DNA from: Opitutia bacterium
Lineage (GTDB): Bacteria > Verrucomicrobiota > Verrucomicrobiia > Opitutales > Opitutaceae
Direction of reading: 5' to 3'
DNA length: 64,000 bases
Assembly: GCA_947478395.1 (NCBI GenBank)
Contig: CANJVR010000001.1
Coordinates: forward strand, 576,001-640,000
Shown here: positions 49,340-58,929 of the stretch, in pieces
How positions within the stretch are numbered: position 1 is the first letter of the stretch
Layout of the letters: the number at the start of each line of letters is the position of its first letter
Position numbers and translations under genes: made by a program
The notes under the pieces: generated by a model
What the model saw: the letters and a program-made list of their open reading frames with translations, nothing else
Told to the model about the DNA's origin: nothing
The model's database searches: none

Positions 49340-49541
49340 CGAAAGCGCGAAGCAGAACCCAGCTGCGCGTTCAAATCGAGGGTTATGTCCGGGGCGATGT
49401 GGTGGGTGGCTCTCACCGGCCCGTCGGACCTCGCAGCTCAGCGCGTGCGAATGCGGGGGAGCCGCACGCCACCCGGGCGTCAGAGCGCCTTCAGCGGCGG
49501 CGCTTGCAACGGCTGTTCGCTGCGTCGTTTCCGCTGGGCAC

Positions 49542-49575
49542 AAAAAAACGCCGCGAGCAAACTCGCGGCGTTTTT
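49542..49575. terminator. Rho-independent terminator downstream of the SWIB gene (probably bidirectional)
   Basis: AAAAAAACGCCGCGAG-CAAA-CTCGCGGCGTTTTT. Confidence 0.85.
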
Positions 49576-49601
49576 AAAAACAGTAAAAGTCTTTCCTGAA
49601 A

Positions 49602-49871
49602 TCAGGAGACGTGGCCGGAGACCAGCTTGGTCATCTCGAACATGCTGACCTTGCTCTTGCCGTTGAACACAGCCTTCATGGCGGCGTCGGCAACGATCAT
49701 CTTTTTGTCCTTCTTGTCCTGGAGACCATTCTTCTTGATGTAGTCCCAGAGCTTCTTGGTGAGTTCGGTGCGTGGGAGGGGCTTCGAGCCAACAACCGCG
49801 GCGAGGGCGGCGTCAGGCGTAACAGGTTTCATGAACGCGGCGTTCGGTTTACGAGCAGCTTTTTTAGCCAT
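49602..49871 (-). CDS. Standalone SWIB/MDM2-domain protein
   Basis: AFMKPVTPDAALAAVVG..PLPRTELTKKLWDYIKKNGLQD. Confidence 0.93.
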   Translation of the reverse strand: MAKKAARKPNAAFMKPVTPDAALAAVVGSKPLPRTELTKKLWDYIKKNGLQDKKDKKMIVADAAMKAVFNGKSKVSMFEMTKLVSGHVS

Positions 49872-50019
49872 AGTGGATTTTGGTTTAGGGCGCTTTCAAG
49901 TGAAAGCGAGTCATTTGTAGAGGGAGAAAGCCGCGCTTTCCGAGGAAAATTTTTCAAAATCTTCAAATTCTCCGAGGAGAATCGCTTCCTGCCCGTCGCG
50001 GCGCGCGAACGACCGGCCG

Positions 50020-51936
50020 TCAGTTTCGATCGTCCACCTGCACAAATTGCTGGTAAAGGGCCGCGTATCGCCCACCCGCCGCAAGCAACTGCGTGTGCGT
50101 CCCACGCTCGACGATGCGGCCCTGGTCCAGCACGAGCACGAGGTCCGCGTGACGAATCGTGCTGAGTCGGTGTGCGACAATGAAACTCGTACGCCCGCGC
50201 AGGAGCGTCCGCAAAGCCGTCTGCAATCGAGCCTCCGTCAACGCGTCGATGGAACTCGTGGCCTCGTCGAGAATCACGAGGCGCGGGTCGGCCAGCAACG
50301 CGCGCGTGAAACACACGAGCTGACGCTGGCCGACGGAAAGCGCCGAGCCGCGTTCCCCCACCTCGGTCTCAAATCCGCGCGGCAAGCCTTCGAGAATATC
50401 CAGGCAGTCGAGCTGCGCCGCAGCGGCGCGAACCTCGGCGTCGGTGGCCTCCGGTTTCGCGAGGCGGATGTTCGCCATGACCGTCCCGCTGAAAAGAAAG
50501 TTCTGCTGCTGGACCATGCCCATCTGTCGATGCAGCGACTGGCTCGTGATCGTACGAATTTCGCGGCCGTCGATCAAAAGCTGACCCTCCGTCGGAAGAT
50601 AAAATTTCGAGACGAGATTGATGATCGAGCTCTTGCCGCTGCCGGTGTGTCCGACCAGTGCGACGGTCTGCCCCGGCTCCGCCGCGAAAGAGATGTCACG
50701 CAACACGAGGCGCGCCGGATCGTAGCCGAAGGAAAGATCGCGGAACTCGACGGCGGCGCCGGCGGCGAGGCTTGGCGTTCCCGGTTGCGGGTTCTGAGTT
50801 GGGGAAAACGGAACCCGCAACTCCGAACCCATAACTGCGCCGGGGTTACGCGGATCGGCCAGCGGCGTCGCATCGGACGCGTCTTCCCAATCCGGTACGG
50901 TGTCGATCAGGCGAAACACACGCTCCGCCCCGGCCATCGCGACCAACGCCTGATTGTATTGATTGCCGATGATCGCGATCGGCGAAAAAAAGAAATTCGA
51001 AAGAAGGAAAAACGCGACCAGCGCATCGATGGTCATCGCGCCTTCGAACACGCGCCAACCGCCAAAAAGCAGCAGAATGGCCACGAAGAACTGGCTATTC
51101 AGTTCCAACAATGGGGTGAGAATCGCCGACGTCCGCGCGTACGCGATGTTGTAACGTGCGTGGTCCGCGAGCAGCCCGCGAAAGAGCCCGGCGTTGGTCT
51201 CTTGCCGCACGAAGCCTTGCGTCACCCGGATGCCGTTGACCGATTCAGCGAGCGTCGCGGTCACGCGGCTGAAGCTCTCCGAGGCCGCGCGCGTGAGCCC
51301 GCTGAGCTTCAGGCGAAAATGGTTATTCAGCAGCCAGAGCACGGGCGCCATGCCGATGATCACGAGGAAGAGCACCCAATCGTAGCTGACCATGACCACC
51401 GCAGTGAAAATCATTTGCCCCAGCTGAATGATGCTCACGAACAGCACATCCTGAATGCCGACGCGCACCGATTCCACGTCACTCGTCACGCGGCCGATGA
51501 TACGGCCGATTTTGAAGCGGTGGAAAAAGCTCATCGGCTGCCGCTGGGTCTTCGCGAAGATTTCTGCGCGCAGGCCGTTGACCACCGTCTCGCCGATCTC
51601 GAGCGCATAACGCTGGCGCCAGTGGAATAACAGGTCGGTCGTAAACGCCAGCACCGCGTAACCGAGCACGGCCCACGGTAACGCGCCGACTTCGTGCCGC
51701 GCAATCGGACCCGAGATGATTTTCGCCGACGCCCAGATCACCGCCGGCAATTGCGCGGAGCGAATCAGGCTGAGCACCGTGAGTGCGTTGAGTTTCCATT
51801 GCATCGGGCGGGCGTACGACAACAGCCGGCGCATCAGCCCCCATTCCAGTGGACGCACGATCTCCTCGTCCTCGTCGGCGTCGCGCAGGCGGTGGACGAG
51901 ACCGATGTCGCGCACTTTGGGCGGCAAGGCACTCAT
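50020..51936 (-). CDS. ABC exporter, fused permease/ATPase (heterodimer subunit)
   Basis: TM domain plus GHTGSGKS, LSVGQRQ and LDEATSSID. Confidence 0.93.
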   Translation of the reverse strand: MSALPPKVRDIGLVHRLRDADEDEEIVRPLEWGLMRRLLSYARPMQWKLNALTVLSLIRSAQLPAVIWASAKIISGPIARHEVGALPWAVLGYAVLAFTTDLLFHWRQRYALEIGETVVNGLRAEIFAKTQRQPMSFFHRFKIGRIIGRVTSDVESVRVGIQDVLFVSIIQLGQMIFTAVVMVSYDWVLFLVIIGMAPVLWLLNNHFRLKLSGLTRAASESFSRVTATLAESVNGIRVTQGFVRQETNAGLFRGLLADHARYNIAYARTSAILTPLLELNSQFFVAILLLFGGWRVFEGAMTIDALVAFFLLSNFFFSPIAIIGNQYNQALVAMAGAERVFRLIDTVPDWEDASDATPLADPRNPGAVMGSELRVPFSPTQNPQPGTPSLAAGAAVEFRDLSFGYDPARLVLRDISFAAEPGQTVALVGHTGSGKSSIINLVSKFYLPTEGQLLIDGREIRTITSQSLHRQMGMVQQQNFLFSGTVMANIRLAKPEATDAEVRAAAAQLDCLDILEGLPRGFETEVGERGSALSVGQRQLVCFTRALLADPRLVILDEATSSIDALTEARLQTALRTLLRGRTSFIVAHRLSTIRHADLVLVLDQGRIVERGTHTQLLAAGGRYAALYQQFVQVDDRN

Positions 51937-53816
51937 GCGGAGTTCTCCTCGAGTTTGGCCGATTGCAATTCGCGGTTGTCGACGAGCTGGAGATTCGCGA
52001 CGTGCAGATACGGGCCGGGCTGGCGCATCAGTTGGTCGTGGGTGCCGCGCTGCACGATGCGCCCATTTTCCAGCACGATGATAAAGTCTGCGCGGCGGAG
52101 TGTGCTCAGCCGATGCGCGACGATGAATGTGGTCCGGCCGGCCATCGCGCGATCGAGGGCCTCGAAAATCTCGTGCTCGGTTTCGCTGTCGATCGCCGCC
52201 GTCGGATCGTCGAGCAACAGGATCGCAGGTTCGAGCAGGACGGCGCGCGCGATCGCGAGGCGCTGGCGTTGTCCGCCGGAGAGCGTGCTCCCGCTTTCCC
52301 CGAGGATGGTGCTGTAGCCCTGTGGCAGAGCCATGATGAAGTCGTGCGCGGCGGCGATGCGCGCGGCTTTCTCAATCTGAGCCGGGGTCGCCTCGGGATG
52401 GCCGAAAGCGATGTTGGCCGAGATCGTGTTGGAAAAAAGAAAGCTCTCCTGAAAAACCAGCCCGATGTTGCGGCGCAAATCGTCGAGGTGGATCTGCCGC
52501 GCATCGAGCCCATCGATCAGCACCCGGCCCGCCGTCGGATCGAAGAAGCGCGGCACGAGACTCATCAACACGCTCTTCCCCGAGCCGGTCGCACCGAGGA
52601 TCGCGATGCACTGGCCCGGCTGAACTTCCAGGTCGATGTCGCGCACGACGGCATCGGCGCCGTCGTAGGCGAACGAGACGTTTTCGAATTTAACCGTGCC
52701 CGCGAGTTTCGGACGGCGCACAGCGTCGGGCGCGTTTTTTACCTCAACCGGAGCGTCAAGAATCTCGAACACGCGGCGCGCGCCAATGAGGGATTGCTGC
52801 ACGCTGTTCACGATCGTGGCGACGTTGTTGATCTGACCGGAAAATTGTTCGAGCAAACCGGCGAACACCACCAAGCCGGTGCCGAACGGCAGCTGACCCT
52901 GCGCCACCAGCCAGCCGCCGTAGCCGAGGAGGACCATCATGTTCACGCGGGTCAGAAAGCCCACCACCGGCGTGAACAAACTGAGCCGCCAGAAAATTCC
53001 GCGCTGCTGATCGTAGCAGGCTTGGTTGGCGGTATCGAACTGCGCCCGGCTTTCCGCTTCGCGCCCGAACCCCTTGGTCACCGCCACGCCTTGAATACTC
53101 TCGGCCAAGATCTGAACCATTTTTTCCACCAAGTTGCGATTGAGCGCATATTCCGGTTGCGTGCGGCGAGTGTGCCAGGCGGAGAGCGCCCAGAGCACGG
53201 GCGTCGTCGCAAGACAGGCGACGGTCAGGCCCGGATGCAGGCTCGCCATGTAAACCACGTAGACGGTCAGCGAGATTATCATGATCACACTTTGGATCAG
53301 GACTTGATCGACGAACATCCGCACACTTTGTGCATCGCTTGTTACCCGGGTGATGATCGAACCCGTCGAGTGGGCGTCGAAAAACCGGAAACTCAGCCGC
53401 TGGAGTTTGTCGTGCACCTCCGCGCGCAAGTCGACGACGAGCCGCTGCTGCACGAGCCGGTTGACCGAAACGGCATACACGTAGTTGAGCACCGCGCGCG
53501 CGATCGCAAACGTGAGAATGCAGCCCGCGAGCAGACCGAGCACCTGCAGCGGCGCCCAGGTTTCGGGCAGCACCAGGTGCAGTTTATTCGCCCCGAGCGG
53601 CACATGCTCGATACGGTGCTTGATGTAATCGATGCCGAGTCCGGTAAAACTCAGACCGAAAATGCCGAGGGTCAGCAGCACAAGCTGAATACCGAGCACC
53701 CGCAGGCAATGCAGCCGATACCGCCAAGTAAGCCCGAATAATCGCCGCACGAGCGCCGCGTTGCTGAGCGCGGGCGCGACGGCGGAATCGGTTAACGTGG
53801 CGGACATTTGGCCCAT
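51933..53816 (-). CDS. ABC exporter, fused permease/ATPase (heterodimer subunit with degenerate site)
   Basis: GATGSGKS, LSGGQRQR and LDDPTAAID (Walker B Glu replaced by Asp). Start may be 53807. Confidence 0.93.
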   Translation of the reverse strand: MGQMSATLTDSAVAPALSNAALVRRLFGLTWRYRLHCLRVLGIQLVLLTLGIFGLSFTGLGIDYIKHRIEHVPLGANKLHLVLPETWAPLQVLGLLAGCILTFAIARAVLNYVYAVSVNRLVQQRLVVDLRAEVHDKLQRLSFRFFDAHSTGSIITRVTSDAQSVRMFVDQVLIQSVIMIISLTVYVVYMASLHPGLTVACLATTPVLWALSAWHTRRTQPEYALNRNLVEKMVQILAESIQGVAVTKGFGREAESRAQFDTANQACYDQQRGIFWRLSLFTPVVGFLTRVNMMVLLGYGGWLVAQGQLPFGTGLVVFAGLLEQFSGQINNVATIVNSVQQSLIGARRVFEILDAPVEVKNAPDAVRRPKLAGTVKFENVSFAYDGADAVVRDIDLEVQPGQCIAILGATGSGKSVLMSLVPRFFDPTAGRVLIDGLDARQIHLDDLRRNIGLVFQESFLFSNTISANIAFGHPEATPAQIEKAARIAAAHDFIMALPQGYSTILGESGSTLSGGQRQRLAIARAVLLEPAILLLDDPTAAIDSETEHEIFEALDRAMAGRTTFIVAHRLSTLRRADFIIVLENGRIVQRGTHDQLMRQPGPYLHVANLQLVDNRELQSAKLEENSA

Positions 53817-54081
53817 AACTTAAGCCGGGCCGCAGCCACTGCACGAAATAATTTTGCCCGGGGGTGTGGCAGCCTCTCGAACGACCAAGAGCCAAGAAGC
53901 ATTCAAACGAAAACGCGCCGGCCTCTCTCAATTCAAAGGAGGCAGGGAGTGATATCTTTAACGCACCGGATTGGCGTCGCTCGTTCTGGGAGCCGATTCG
54001 CGGCAGCGGGTTAGGCCGTTCCGCTTCACGCTGGCCCCGAACCGGTCGATCGAAGAGGCCTGCCTTACCGTCGAACCCAGG

Positions 54082-54684
54082 CTACTGCCCACGCCGCAAA
54101 TTCGAATTCTGCGCCGCGCCGCTCTGCATCGGCGCGTTGGGCGCCGGGGCCGGAGCTTGCGCCGACGGCTGGGCCGGGCCCTGCGCATCCCGCAGCGCCC
54201 GCCGACGGCGAACCTCGGCGGCCACGTCGTCGAGGCGCTTCTGTTCGTCCGCGGGCGTAGGACTCAGCACGACACTTTGCGTCACGAGATTCGGACCGCC
54301 CGGCGCAGCGGGCACGGGCAAAGGCATCACGGCCTGGCCCGACGACGCGACTTTCGCTTCCCGCATCGACAAATTGAAAGTGCGGCCGCCCTGCTCGACC
54401 GTCACGGATTCCTTCGTCGAGTTCTGGCCTTTGATGACGAAACCATTGCCCTGTTCCTCCGGCTTAACCCACGTCCCCTTCCCCTTCGCCGTGTCGTAGA
54501 TGTAATACTGCACGACATTGCCCAACGCCATCACGCCTCGCAGCTCGATCAGCGAAGCCTCGGTCGAAGCGGCCGCGGCCGAACCTGGCACCGGCAGAAA
54601 TGGGGAATGGGTGGCGAGTTGCGCCCACGCCCCGCTGACGGACAACGCAACACCGGCCGCGAGCAGGAGACGTGGAACGTTCAT
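54082..54684 (-). CDS. Secreted hypothetical protein (weak GspC/PilP-like beta domain)
   Basis: Signal peptide MNVPRLLLAAGVALSVSGAWA, IELRGVMALG, and a C-terminal EVRRRRALR helix. Confidence 0.7.
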   Translation of the reverse strand: MNVPRLLLAAGVALSVSGAWAQLATHSPFLPVPGSAAAASTEASLIELRGVMALGNVVQYYIYDTAKGKGTWVKPEEQGNGFVIKGQNSTKESVTVEQGGRTFNLSMREAKVASSGQAVMPLPVPAAPGGPNLVTQSVVLSPTPADEQKRLDDVAAEVRRRRALRDAQGPAQPSAQAPAPAPNAPMQSGAAQNSNLRRGQ

Positions 54685-54912
54685 CGGGACAACCGAACAA
54701 GAACAAGACCATGCGCGGGTCAAGCGGAGTGAAGGCCATCCGGACGTCAACGATACCCTAGGTCGCGCGCCGCTTTTACCCGCGGGCCGGGAGGCCAAAT
54801 GTGGGCCACCGCTCCGCCGGACCCGAGCGCAGAACGTTCCATGATCATACGAAGTCGAAAAAATCGGCGGCCGCAGGCGACGGCCGGCCGATAAAAATTA
54901 AAACTCGCTTTG

Positions 54913-54938
54913 GAAACTCAAAATACTTTTTAAGTTTC
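54913..54938. promoter_or_regulatory. Candidate TetR operator
   Basis: GAAACTCAAAA-TACT-TTTTAAGTTTC is an 11-bp IR with 1 mismatch, just upstream of the TetR start. Confidence 0.6.
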
Positions 54939-54946
54939 TCCACGCC

Positions 54947-55603
54947 ATGCGTGCCGTGCCAACCCTGCTTTCCCGGTCGCAGCCTCGGTTTGTGCCGGCG
55001 GCGGTGCCGGCGCGGATACTGGCGCAGGCCCGGGCGAATTTTTTCGCGCAGGGCTACAGCGGGTTCAAGATGGACGAGCTCGCGGCGGAGCTCGGGCTGA
55101 GTAAAAAAACGCTCTACGTTCATTTCGCCAGCAAAGACGAGATCCTCCGGGCAACGATCGAGCAGCTCGGTCATGAGATCCGCGCCGACGCCGACGCGCT
55201 CCTGAGCGATGACATGCTCACCTTCGCCGAAAAGCTGCGCCGTTTTGCGGAGGGCATGACCCAGCGGCTGACGCTGTTAAATCCGCGGACCGTGCGCGAT
55301 CTTCAGCGTTTTGCCCCGGACCTGCATCGGCTGGTCGAGGAGATGCGGCAGAAAAATATTCCTTACATTTTCGGCCGTTTCATCGCGGAGGGACAGACCG
55401 CCGGCATGGTTCGAGCCGACCTCAACCGCGCCCTCGCCATCGAGTTTTTTCTCCAGGCCATGCAAGGCCTGTTTCAAACCGCCACACTTGAGCGCCTCGA
55501 ACTCGCCCCGCGCGAGGTCTGCGCGCACGCCATCGATCTCTTTTTTGGCGGCCTCCTCACCGCGGCCGGCCGCAAAGAACATGAAAAACTTTTCTCCCGC
55601 TAA
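54947..55603 (+). CDS. TetR/AcrR family regulator
   Basis: HTH MDELAAELGLSKKTLYVHFASKDEI. Confidence 0.92.
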   Translation: MRAVPTLLSRSQPRFVPAAVPARILAQARANFFAQGYSGFKMDELAAELGLSKKTLYVHFASKDEILRATIEQLGHEIRADADALLSDDMLTFAEKLRRFAEGMTQRLTLLNPRTVRDLQRFAPDLHRLVEEMRQKNIPYIFGRFIAEGQTAGMVRADLNRALAIEFFLQAMQGLFQTATLERLELAPREVCAHAIDLFFGGLLTAAGRKEHEKLFSR

Positions 55604-56567
55604 ACTCGTTCTTGTATTTATCGCTACGCTGCTGGTCGCGGGCTGCGCGAGAAACGTCCCCTCCGGCTATCAAGGCTACCTCGAGGGCGAATTTCTCTAC
55701 ATCGCCGCACCCCTCGGTGGACAACTCGAGCAGCTCGCTGTCACCAAGGGCTCGCGCGTGACCGCCGGCGCGGCGCTCTTCGTCCTCGAGCGCGCGAGCG
55801 AACTCGCCGCCCGACGCCAAGCCGCGGACCAGCTCCGCACCGCCGAAGCCCGGCTGGCTGATTTACGGAAAGGTTCAAGGCCATCAGAGCTCGCCGCGCT
55901 CGAGGCGCGCGTCGAGCAGGCTCGAGCCGCCGCCGAACTTTCCCAACTCGACCTCGCGCGACAGGAAAACCTGTTCAAGACCGGCGTCGTCGCCGTCAGC
56001 GATTTTGATCGCGCCCGCCTGACCCACGAACGCAACCGCCGCGCCACCGAAGAACTCGTCGCGCAGCTCGCCACCGCCCGCCTCGGCGGCCGCACCGATG
56101 CGATCGCCGCCGCTGAATCTGAAGTCAACGCCGCTACGGCCGCCCGCGAAAAAGCCGACTGGTCTGTGGCACAGAAAAGCCAAACGGCTCCGCGCGACGC
56201 GCTGGTGTACGACACACTTTATCGCGCGGGCGAGTTTGTCGCGGCGGGCAATCCCGTCGTCGCGCTGCTGCCCGCCGAAAACATCAAGGCGCGTTTCTTC
56301 GTCCCCGAGGCGAACTTTGCCGCGTTGAAGGCGGGCGACGTGGTGCGAGTTACGCTTTCCGGCCGTGCTCCGCTCGACGCGCGGGTGAGCTATCTTTCGC
56401 CGCAGCCCGAATACACGCCGCCGATTCTCTACAACCGCGAGAACCGCTCGAAATTGGTGTTCATGATCGAGGCGACCTTCACCGACACCGCCGCGGCCCG
56501 GGACCTTCATCCCGGACAACCCGTGGACGTCGCTCTGGTCGGAGCGGCCGCGGCCGGTGCGCCTTGA
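55581..56567 (+). CDS. HlyD-family membrane fusion protein (YbhG-like), probable lipoprotein
   Basis: LVAGC lipobox, YQGYLEGE and EYTPPILY. Confidence 0.9.
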   Translation: MKNFSPAKLVLVFIATLLVAGCARNVPSGYQGYLEGEFLYIAAPLGGQLEQLAVTKGSRVTAGAALFVLERASELAARRQAADQLRTAEARLADLRKGSRPSELAALEARVEQARAAAELSQLDLARQENLFKTGVVAVSDFDRARLTHERNRRATEELVAQLATARLGGRTDAIAAAESEVNAATAAREKADWSVAQKSQTAPRDALVYDTLYRAGEFVAAGNPVVALLPAENIKARFFVPEANFAALKAGDVVRVTLSGRAPLDARVSYLSPQPEYTPPILYNRENRSKLVFMIEATFTDTAAARDLHPGQPVDVALVGAAAAGAP

Positions 56568-57514
56568 TCGAAGCGGACCAAATGCTCCCGCCACCCGCAG
56601 ATTTCGCCATCGATGTCACCGGCGTGACAAAACGTTTCGGCGACAAGACGGTCGTCAACGCGATCGATCTCCAAGTCCGACGCGGCGAAATCTACGGTTT
56701 TCTAGGGCCGAATGGCTCGGGCAAAACTACGTTCATCCGCATGCTTTGCGGCCTGCTTACGCCCGACGCTGGTTCCGGCACGTGCCTCGGCTACGATGTC
56801 CGCACCCAGCAAGCCGAGATCAAGCGTCACGTCGGCTACATGACGCAGAAATTCAGTTACTACGAAGATCTCAGCATCCGCGAAAATCTGGATTTCATCG
56901 CGCGCATCTACGACGTGCCGGATCGCGCGGCCGCCGTGCAACACAGTCTCGATCGTCTCGGTCTGGCCAATCGCAGTCACCAGCTCGCGGGCCAGCTTTC
57001 CGGCGGATGGAAGCAACGCGTCGCCCTCGCCGCGTGCCTCATCCATTCACCCCAACTGCTGCTGCTCGACGAGCCGACCGCCGGCGTAGACCCGAAAGCC
57101 CGGCGGGAATTTTGGGATGAAATTCACCAGCTCGCCGCCGACGGCCTTACGGTGCTCATCACCACGCACTACATGGACGAGGCCGAGCGCTGCCATCGCC
57201 TCGCCTACCTCGCGTACGGCCATTTGCTGGCGCGGGGAACGCTCGCCGATGTGCTGAAGGCCGCGGAGCTCACAACGTGGATGGTCGCCGGCCCCGATCT
57301 GCGTCCCTTGGCGGCCGCACTACGGGGTCGCCCTGGGGTTGAGCAAGTCGTCGCCTTCGGCAATATTCTCCACGTGAGCGGCCGCGACTGCGCGCAGCTC
57401 GACGCCACCATCGCAGCGCTGAAGGATCCGCGTCACGAGTGGAGAAAAATCCCTTCCGGCCTTGAGGATGTTTTCATCAGCCTGATGGACCAGGCAAAGG
57501 ATAATTTCTCGTGA
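56564..57514 (+). CDS. ABC transporter ATP-binding protein (YbhF-like)
   Basis: GPNGSGKTT, LSGGWKQR and LDEPTAGVDP. Confidence 0.93.
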   Translation: MIEADQMLPPPADFAIDVTGVTKRFGDKTVVNAIDLQVRRGEIYGFLGPNGSGKTTFIRMLCGLLTPDAGSGTCLGYDVRTQQAEIKRHVGYMTQKFSYYEDLSIRENLDFIARIYDVPDRAAAVQHSLDRLGLANRSHQLAGQLSGGWKQRVALAACLIHSPQLLLLDEPTAGVDPKARREFWDEIHQLAADGLTVLITTHYMDEAERCHRLAYLAYGHLLARGTLADVLKAAELTTWMVAGPDLRPLAAALRGRPGVEQVVAFGNILHVSGRDCAQLDATIAALKDPRHEWRKIPSGLEDVFISLMDQAKDNFS

Positions 57515-57521
57515 GAAACCG

Positions 57522-58655
57522 ATGAGACGCTTCACCCTCCACCGTCTCTGGGCGATCGTGCTCAAGGAATTCATCCAGATGAAACGCGACCGCGTGACGT
57601 TTGGGATGATGGTCGGAATTCCGTTGATGCAGCTGATGATGTTCGGCTTCGCGATCAATTCCGATCCGCGCCATTTGCCGACAGCCATTCGGGCCGCGGA
57701 CCAAGGTCCGTTTGCGCGCACCCTCGTGCAAGCTCTGCGCACCAGCGACTACTTTGCGCTCGTCCGTGAAACCGCTTCCGAGGCGGAAGCGCAGCATCTC
57801 CTTCAGCTCGGCGAGGTGCAGTTCGTCATCAACATTCCCGAGGACTTTTCGCGCCAACTACTCCGGGGCGAGCGTCCCACCGTGCTCATCGAGGCCGATG
57901 CCACCGATCCCGCCGCCACCGGGCCCGCGCTCGCCGCGGTGAACGCGCTCGCCAGCACCGTATTCAATCGCGACCTGCCCGGTCCGCTGGCTCGCCTGCA
58001 CGCCAAAAGCGGTCCCGTGGATTTCCGCGTCCACGCCCACTACAATCCGGAAAACATCACCCAGTACAACGTCGTCCCCGGCCTCATGGGCGTCGTGCTC
58101 ACGATGACGATGGTCGTAATTACCGCGCTCGCCATCACGCGCGAACGCGAACGCGGCACGATGGAAAATCTGCTCGCGACGCCGGTTCGGCCTTTCGAGG
58201 TCATGGTGGGGAAAATAATTCCGTATATCGTCGTCGGCTACATCCAGGTTTCCCTCATCCTGCTCGCGGCACATTTTCTTTTCCACGTGCCGATGGTAGG
58301 AAGCCTGCCGCTACTCTACGGCGTGTCGCTGGTTTTCATCGCGGCGAATTTGGCGGTTGGAATTACCTTCTCCACGCTCGCGCAAAATCAGCTGCAGGCC
58401 GTGCAGATGGCGTTCTTCTTTTTTCTGCCTTCGATTCTGCTTTCCGGTTTCATGTTTCCATTTCGCGGCATGCCGCCTTGGGCGCAGGTCGTTGGCTCCG
58501 TGCTCCCCAACACGCATTTCCTCCGCATCGTCCGCGGCATTCTGCTGAAAGGAAACGGCCTCGCGGAAATTGCGCCCGAGATCTGGCCGCTCCTGGTGTT
58601 TCTCGCCGTGGCGATGACGATCGGCGTACGGCGCTACCGGCAGACGCTCGACTAG
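57522..58655 (+). CDS. ABC-2 permease (YbhS/R-like)
   Basis: KEFIQMKRDR, RERERGTMENLLATP and LSGFMFP. Confidence 0.92.
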   Translation: MRRFTLHRLWAIVLKEFIQMKRDRVTFGMMVGIPLMQLMMFGFAINSDPRHLPTAIRAADQGPFARTLVQALRTSDYFALVRETASEAEAQHLLQLGEVQFVINIPEDFSRQLLRGERPTVLIEADATDPAATGPALAAVNALASTVFNRDLPGPLARLHAKSGPVDFRVHAHYNPENITQYNVVPGLMGVVLTMTMVVITALAITRERERGTMENLLATPVRPFEVMVGKIIPYIVVGYIQVSLILLAAHFLFHVPMVGSLPLLYGVSLVFIAANLAVGITFSTLAQNQLQAVQMAFFFFLPSILLSGFMFPFRGMPPWAQVVGSVLPNTHFLRIVRGILLKGNGLAEIAPEIWPLLVFLAVAMTIGVRRYRQTLD

Positions 58656-58929
58656 CGCGCACGGCGCGCTACCTGCGGTTTCAAGTGGTGAATTTTGCGG
58701 TTCGAAAATCCCAACGCAAAACTCGAAAAGACACCCCTGCGCCTCCACCACGTCGAGCGACGCGAGGTTCGCGCCCGTATCAGTCGCGGATGCCGCCGTG
58801 GGATCGCAAGAAACGGAACACGGCGGAGTAATCGCGCCGGTGACACCTTCGCCGGGCTTTCGCGCAGAGAGAATTCACGATCGAGGGTAATGCCCGCACG
58901 GATCATCGCTTGGGTTAGGCGGATCGGCT

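Noticed and set aside
49450..49480. GGGGAGC...CCGGGC resembling the 3' part of a ZTP riboswitch
   Set aside because: It is on the strand opposite fhs and lacks the GACTGGCG core.
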